Shown here: in pieces, positions 41,286 through 46,194 of the stretch
Layout: each line of letters begins with the position of its first letter
How positions within the stretch are numbered: position 1 is the first letter of the stretch
Source: a bacterium
Lineage (GTDB): Bacteria > Patescibacteriota > Minisyncoccia > UBA6257 > 02-FULL-45-10c
Length of the DNA stretch: 46,194 bases
Reading direction: 5' to 3'
NCBI GenBank assembly: GCA_021786945.1
Contig: JAJYMK010000003.1
Span: forward strand, 103,105-149,298
The notes under the pieces: model-generated
Seen by the model: only the letters and a program-made list of their open reading frames with translations
Databases searched by the model: none
What the model was told of the DNA's origin: nothing
Program-made: the position numbers and the translations under genes

Positions 41286-43541
41286 ATGAAGAACAAAAAT
41301 TTATTAAAAAATTACTTATTGGTCGGAATTAATCTGGTGATTTTGTTTAGTTTGAGCGGTTTACCTGTTTTTGCCCAGGAAGTCGGCAGCGCCGGACAGA
41401 ACGGCCCGAGTCAGGCGGAAATTGATGCGGAAAAGGCTAAGAATACTCCGAGCGAAGAACAGATTCAGCAATTTGAAAAAGAATTTGGCGGGCCGCCGGA
41501 ATCACTTACGGCGCCATCGGTACAGAAACCGACTTTTGAGCAGCCTAGTACTGTGCCAGAAGAAGTAAAAAAATATGTATCCGATAAAGATCTAGTGGCA
41601 GTGTATTGTGCAATGACAAAGTGGAAAAGCGGAGATTTCTTTTCCGGCATGGAAGCTGTAAATAAATATGTGATTGAGCCGAGTTTACAGATAAAATCTG
41701 ATTTCGGGCTTAATTTTGAAATTCCCGATGTTGGCGCTTTGGTGGCCGAAGCTAAACAAAGAACTGATGCCATTTGTAATGCTTCAAGCGTAGCCGATGC
41801 CGAAAAACTTGCACAGGATTTTTATAATTGGGGACAAACGCAGACTCAGGGAAAGTTCGATTCGATGCGCACGGAAATGCAGTCCCAGCTCAAGGAAAAA
41901 AGCGACGCCTTGAAAGATAAAATTAAAAAAGAAATCGATCCTTTTATTGAAGAACAAAAAGCTTCAATAGAGGGTGAAATGCAGGCTTTGGCCGATAAAG
42001 TGGTTGAACAGAAAAAATCGGAAATTCAGGCCAGGCTGGCCGGGGCCAAATCAGCGCCGGACGTCGGAGCCTTGAAGGCCGAAATATCGGCTGCAGTAAA
42101 TTCGGCTATTAGTTCTAAAATTGAAGAAAAGAAGGCGGCTTTGAAGAGCGCTGTCCAGGCCAAAGTAAATGAATTGATTGGCCCGGAAAAAGCCAAGTTC
42201 GAAAAGATTGGAGAAACTTTCAGTGGAGTTGAGCAGAAAATAAACGATTACATAATAAGCAGCAGGTCTAAATACGATCAATACAAAAAAGAAGCTTTTG
42301 ATTTGAGAAAGAAATTGGTTTTGGATATTGTAGATAAAAATTTGGAAGAAGGAATAAAGAAAATAGATGCTTCGGCAGCGGATCTGGAAGAGGCCAAGAA
42401 AAATGATTCTTCGGTAAAAACAGCAACTGAAATAAAAGCAGAATTGCAGCAGGACAGAAAAAATCTTGAGGCTAAATTGGATGCGGCTTTGGAAGCTGGA
42501 GATGAGAATGCTTTTCAGCAGGCTTTGAATGATTTCAAAGCAAAATGGGAAGCCGTACAGGCCAACGGAGAAAAAGCCATGGAGCAGTCCGTTTCTAAAG
42601 TTTGCACAATTGCTTTGGCGCAGTTTGATAATGCCAACAAGCAGATGGATCCGGGTATAAAACAGATACAGGATTTGCAGTCCAGGTGCGCCAACAGCGT
42701 TTCCGACGAATGTCTTAAAGCCAATGAATTTTCTTCTAGTTTTGAAAGTGTTGTTTCCAAATCGCAGGATTTGAAAACAGAAATGGCGATGGCCACGAAA
42801 ATGTGCCAGAATCCGCAGACTTCCGATAGAAAAAATCTTATAGTCTTAATGAAGAAGATTCAGTCCGATGCGGAAGATTTTAAGGTTTACGGCCAGGCGC
42901 TTGAAGCCGAAAAATCAAAAGCTTTAGCCCAAACCGCTCAGGCGGTATGCGCCCAGGCTTTGCCGCAGCTTGCCGCCGCCGAAACCGAAATTAAGAAAAA
43001 TGATTTAACTGCCTTACAGAATAATGTAAATCAGTGCATTGGCCAAAATTCGGAAGAATGTGTAGTTGTAAATAAATTGTCCGGAAGTTTGGCAAAATTG
43101 AAATTACAGATTTCCGCTTTTCTTGCAAAAGTTCAGAGGGCGAGAACCATGTGCTCAGGATCTCTTTCCGATGCCGATTTCAAAACATTAGCCGATACAT
43201 TAAATTCTTTGAAATCCGACGGGGAAGAGCTAAGAGCCTCGGCTACGGATTTAATGGTTCAGCAAGCGGAAAAAATGAATGAAAAAGTTTTGTGCAGAGC
43301 CGCTGTTCCGAATATTGAAATAATGAAACAGCAGATTGCGGCTGGTTTTGGTCAGGCAGTAAGCGCAAATGCTCCGGTTCCATCCGATCTGAACACCAAA
43401 GTTCAGCAGATATTGGCAAAGATATCGGAAATAAATAAAGTTTGCGTGAATGCTTCGGCTAATAATCCGGGAGACAATGTATTTAATTTGTTGGAAAGCT
43501 TGAAACAAGATAAGGCCGCAATTGATTTATTAATTAAATAA
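41286..43541 (+). CDS. Large secreted coiled-coil protein with scattered Cys pairs, hypothetical.
   Basis: Signal peptide 'LLVGINLVILFSLSGLPVFAQE', followed by 700 aa of A/E/K/Q-rich helical sequence. Confidence 0.75.
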   Translation: MKNKNLLKNYLLVGINLVILFSLSGLPVFAQEVGSAGQNGPSQAEIDAEKAKNTPSEEQIQQFEKEFGGPPESLTAPSVQKPTFEQPSTVPEEVKKYVSDKDLVAVYCAMTKWKSGDFFSGMEAVNKYVIEPSLQIKSDFGLNFEIPDVGALVAEAKQRTDAICNASSVADAEKLAQDFYNWGQTQTQGKFDSMRTEMQSQLKEKSDALKDKIKKEIDPFIEEQKASIEGEMQALADKVVEQKKSEIQARLAGAKSAPDVGALKAEISAAVNSAISSKIEEKKAALKSAVQAKVNELIGPEKAKFEKIGETFSGVEQKINDYIISSRSKYDQYKKEAFDLRKKLVLDIVDKNLEEGIKKIDASAADLEEAKKNDSSVKTATEIKAELQQDRKNLEAKLDAALEAGDENAFQQALNDFKAKWEAVQANGEKAMEQSVSKVCTIALAQFDNANKQMDPGIKQIQDLQSRCANSVSDECLKANEFSSSFESVVSKSQDLKTEMAMATKMCQNPQTSDRKNLIVLMKKIQSDAEDFKVYGQALEAEKSKALAQTAQAVCAQALPQLAAAETEIKKNDLTALQNNVNQCIGQNSEECVVVNKLSGSLAKLKLQISAFLAKVQRARTMCSGSLSDADFKTLADTLNSLKSDGEELRASATDLMVQQAEKMNEKVLCRAAVPNIEIMKQQIAAGFGQAVSANAPVPSDLNTKVQQILAKISEINKVCVNASANNPGDNVFNLLESLKQDKAAIDLLIK

Positions 43542-43552
43542 TTAGAAAAACC

Positions 43553-44083
43553 ATGAATATTAAAAATAATTTTTTGATTAAAGGATCGGCGGGACTTATT
43601 GCTGTAATAGTAGTTGCGGTTTTAGTAATCGGAGGCGGGGCATATTTTATGTTCAAAAAATCACCCGAGCAAAAAGCTGCTCAGGTTCAGGAGGATGTCG
43701 CCAATATTGGCGCTTCTATACCGAGCCTTGATTTTTCTTTGTCCTATATGCCTAACCTGGAAATATCTTCCTTGAACGTTGCTGCGCCGGAAGTTTCTGC
43801 CGGAAATATATTTTCCGCTCCTTCGGTAGAAAGTAACTTTTCTGTAAGTACCGGTAATTTGGATATAACAACGCCCTCGGTTTCTACTGACTCTTTGAAA
43901 TTTGATATACCATCGATTCCTACAAGCATGCCATCGGGTTCTTCCGGCAGCGTAACCCCGGCGCCTTCAACCGGATCCGGCAGTCAGCCGTCTGTTGATT
44001 GTTCTGTGTTTGCAGCTGTACCAAGCTGTGCTATGACTGGTCCTGGAGAGGCTATGTGCAAGCAGTGTTTTCCTAATAAATAA
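43553..44083 (+). CDS. Anchored Ser/Pro-rich protein with a Cys-rich C-terminus, hypothetical.
   Basis: TM helix 'GLIAVIVVAVLVIGGGAYFMF', an S/P-rich linker, and 'CSVFAAVPSCAMTGPGEAMCKQC'. Confidence 0.65.
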   Translation: MNIKNNFLIKGSAGLIAVIVVAVLVIGGGAYFMFKKSPEQKAAQVQEDVANIGASIPSLDFSLSYMPNLEISSLNVAAPEVSAGNIFSAPSVESNFSVSTGNLDITTPSVSTDSLKFDIPSIPTSMPSGSSGSVTPAPSTGSGSQPSVDCSVFAAVPSCAMTGPGEAMCKQCFPNK

Positions 44084-44087
44084 TAAA

Positions 44088-44110
44088 AATCCCCGCGTTA
44101 AGCGGGGATT
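44088..44110. terminator. Bidirectional hairpin terminator.
   Basis: aatccccgc-gttaa-gcggggatt between convergent genes. Confidence 0.8.
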
Positions 44111-44114
44111 TATT

Positions 44115-44312
44115 TTATATGTTGGCTTTCTGGAGCTTCCAGTCGGGGGTGGTCTGTAAAGAATTGCGGAAAACCATGCTCAGGATCAGATCGTGGAACT
44201 TTTTGGGTTCCAGGGCCGGAAATTTACCCTTCACCGAATTGTAAACTTCCTTTTCCTCGCACGGCTTGCTGCAAACTTCCAGCACCTCCTTTTCAACTTC
44301 GTTTTGGGTCAT
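44115..44312 (-). CDS. Hypothetical 65-aa protein on a GC-enriched SD-led cassette.
   Basis: GGAGGT (complement of 44317-44322) lies 4 nt before the internal ATG (44312-44310; MTQNEVEKEVLEVCSKPCEEKE...). Confidence 0.55.
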   Translation of the reverse strand: MTQNEVEKEVLEVCSKPCEEKEVYNSVKGKFPALEPKKFHDLILSMVFRNSLQTTPDWKLQKANI

Positions 44313-44361
44313 AATAACCTCCAATAATATTCTTTCAGAGCCTTTTAAGTAGCTATCCACC

Positions 44362-44389
44362 AATATAGTCCTTTAAATAATAAATGCAA
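44362..44389 (-). promoter_or_regulatory. Sigma70-type promoter of the 65-aa cassette.
   Basis: On the minus strand: TTGCAT (44389-44384), 16 nt, then TATATT (44367-44362). Confidence 0.55.
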
Positions 44390-44685
44390 GTGCCTTATCC
44401 TTATGATATAATTAAGCAATCTCCAAACAAATGTTTTCACTAATTAATAAGATAAATTTTATATTAAGTTCAAGGCACGACAACGAGGTAGTGGTTTATC
44501 CACGCCGAGTTAGAGCAACGCAGAAGTTAGATAAAATTTACTTACCCGAAGGGAAACCTGATTTTACCCAATCCCTTCGTTATGTTTCCTCAAAGTATAT
44601 TCATACATTTTCGTCAACAAGCCTTGGTCTTGGTCAAAATCAGGGTTTTAATTTAGTAAAAATATTTATTTAGAGATTGCTATAT

Positions 44686-45609
44686 ATGGAAAATACAAAA
44701 AACTCTCCAAAAGACTTTTTTTTGCATCTTTTGGCTATAATTGCTCTTTACATGAGCGCGGGAAGTATAATTACACTTCTTTTTCAGTATATAAACGTAT
44801 TTTTTCCGGACCCATTGTCCTATATGAGCTATAGCGGCATTTCCGGTTTGATACGCTATGCTATGGCAACCCTGATAATTATTTTCCCGGTTTATATTTT
44901 CGTTTCAAAAATGCTGAACGGAGAATATGTAGCTATGCCCGAAAAAAGAGAATACAAGCTCAGGAAATGGCTAGTTTATTTCACTTTATTCGTTGCGGGA
45001 ATAACCATTATTATTGATTTAGTTGTTTTGATTTACAATTTTTTGGGCGGCGATCTGACCAGCAGGTTTATATTGAAAATCTTGGTGGTTCTTCTGGTGG
45101 CCGGAGTTATATTTTTGTATTACCAGAAAGACCTGAAAAACAAGCTTTCGGAAAGGCAATTGAAAGTTATGGCTTACGGAGTTTCCGCGTTTATATTAGT
45201 AAGCATAATTTTCGGATTCTTTACTGCCGGTTCGCCGATAAAAGCCAGACTTTATAATTTTGACGAGAGAAAAATAAGCGATTTGCAGCAAGTTCAGTAT
45301 CAGATAATAAATTATTGGCAGAGAAAGGAAGCGCTGCCTGCAAATTTGAATGAATTGACCGATACTATTTCCGGATTTAAGGCTCCTGTTGATCCGCAAT
45401 CCGGCAATGGCTACGAATATGCCGTAAAAGGAAAAACCGACTTTGAGTTGTGCGCGACGTTCAATTTGCCGACCAATTTCGGAATTATAGGCCAGAGTGT
45501 AAGCACATATCCATCGGGAATTTATAATGAAAATTGGAATCATGAATCGGGCAGACAGTGCTTCGAAAGAACAATAGACCCGGCTCTTTACCCGAAATTA
45601 AACAAATAA
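44686..45609 (+). CDS. DUF5671-like multi-TM protein with a C-terminal extracytoplasmic domain.
   Basis: 'SPKDFFLHLLAIIALYMSAGSIITLLFQYINVFFPDPL', which from memory is typical of DUF5671 proteins of Parcubacteria. The ATG at 44686 is preferred over the TTG at 44677. Confidence 0.7.
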   Translation: MENTKNSPKDFFLHLLAIIALYMSAGSIITLLFQYINVFFPDPLSYMSYSGISGLIRYAMATLIIIFPVYIFVSKMLNGEYVAMPEKREYKLRKWLVYFTLFVAGITIIIDLVVLIYNFLGGDLTSRFILKILVVLLVAGVIFLYYQKDLKNKLSERQLKVMAYGVSAFILVSIIFGFFTAGSPIKARLYNFDERKISDLQQVQYQIINYWQRKEALPANLNELTDTISGFKAPVDPQSGNGYEYAVKGKTDFELCATFNLPTNFGIIGQSVSTYPSGIYNENWNHESGRQCFERTIDPALYPKLNK

Positions 45610-45610
45610 A

Positions 45611-46194
45611 ATGGACATTTTTAACGAATTAAAAGAAAGGGGACTTGTTTTCCAGGTTTCCAACGAGGAAGCTGTAAAAGAATATATATCCAAAAAAGGA
45701 GGAAAATTTTATATTGGTTTTGATCCTACAGCAGAAAGCTTGCACGTAGGCAGTCTTTTGCCGATTACTTTTATAAAGAGATTGGAAAATGCGGGATTGA
45801 AGCCGATTGTTTTGGTTGGCGGAGCTACGGGCTTGATTGGTGATCCGAGCGGCAAATCCCAGGAAAGAAACCTTTTGGATATTAAAACCGTAAAGAAAAA
45901 TGTATGCGGTTTAAAAAATCAGCTTTCCAGATTTTTTGATTTTGGCAGTATTTTAGGCGGGGGAAACGTGATGCTGGTGAATAACTATGACTGGATAAAG
46001 AATATTTCTTTCGTAGAACTGCTCCGTGATTTTGGAAAGCATTTTACCGTAAACGAAATGGTCAGCAAGGAATCGGTGCAAAAAAGAATGCTCACCGGAA
46101 TTTCTTTTACGGAATTTACATATATGATTTTGCAGGCGATTGATTTTTTGAATTTATTCAAAAAATATAATTGCATCATGCAGGTGGGCGGCAG
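45611..46194 (+). CDS. tyrS: Tyrosine--tRNA ligase, 3'-truncated by the window edge. It is not in the ORF track because there is no stop in the window.
   Basis: My translation from ATG 45611 is MDIFNELKERGLVFQVSNEEAVKEYISKKGGKFYIGFDPTAESLHVGSLLPI...LVGGATGLIGDPSGKSQERNLL...NNYDW...ISFTEFTYMILQAIDF...QVGG. It has a HIGH-type motif and the TyrRS pattern, and is open to the last base. Confidence 0.9.
   Translation, partial: MDIFNELKERGLVFQVSNEEAVKEYISKKGGKFYIGFDPTAESLHVGSLLPITFIKRLENAGLKPIVLVGGATGLIGDPSGKSQERNLLDIKTVKKNVCGLKNQLSRFFDFGSILGGGNVMLVNNYDWIKNISFVELLRDFGKHFTVNEMVSKESVQKRMLTGISFTEFTYMILQAIDFLNLFKKYNCIMQVGG

Noticed and set aside
44431-44673. An 80-aa plus-strand ORF in the 44.4-44.7 kb spacer.
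   Set aside because: It has no SD or leaderless geometry (the ATG is 18 nt from the -10), no recognisable features, and it overlaps the pairing-rich segment. It is kept only as an alternative explanation in the corresponding finding.
1-46194. A search for a reverse transcriptase/DGR, retron, transposase, integrase, CRISPR-cas or rRNA.
   Set aside because: No YxDD-type RT motif, DDE or tyrosine/serine-recombinase pattern, cas-like protein or rRNA-like conserved block was seen in any frame. The repeats found (285 bp, 24 bp, 122 bp, 51 bp) are direct repeats without mutated-adenine TR/VR-type pairs.

Overview
This is an AT-rich bacterial chromosomal segment, roughly one-third G+C judged by eye. 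Its gene content and style fit a Patescibacteria/CPR (Parcubacteria-like) genome: a split ComEC, a cohesin/dockerin surface-protein pair, secreted DUF5667-/DUF5671-like hypotheticals, tiny spacers and mostly Shine-Dalgarno-less starts. The housekeeping backbone is ndk, tRNA-Pro(GGG), trpS, rpmB, dnaG, rpoD, groES-groEL, lemA-htpX, tRNA-Ser(GGA), mscL, a VanW-family gene and a 3'-truncated tyrS. The accessory content has six parts. (1) A complete type I restriction-modification operon (hsdM...hsdS...hsdR, 30655-37438) is interrupted by three tightly coupled unknown genes. One of them carries a 24-bp x 10.6 in-frame tandem repeat behind a RelE/ParE-like N-domain. I consider this the best candidate for an undescribed R-M-embedded accessory defence module. 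(2) A set of visibly GC-richer single-gene cassettes each has its own promoter, a strong AGGAGG-type SD and a hairpin terminator. They include two tandem metacaspase-like (YSGHG...DCCYG) paralogs, two tandem small PD-(D/E)xK-like paralogs, and orphans of 273, 103 and 65 aa. Native genes instead lack an SD and often show TATAAT-N6/7-ATG (leaderless-looking) starts. (3) A 376-bp GIY-YIG mini-insertion lies behind tRNA-Ser, bounded by a 51-bp direct repeat that includes the tRNA 3' end. (4) A NOX/ferric-reductase-like flavocytochrome plus cytochrome-b5 gene pair is bracketed by 122-bp direct repeats. (5) A promoter-to-terminator candidate structured sRNA lies at about 8243-8385. (6) A dockerin-bearing giant surface protein with three near-identical 285-bp repeats sits next to a membrane-anchored cohesin protein. 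All calls come from reading the sequence and the ORF translations only. No database search, folding or GC computation was run.
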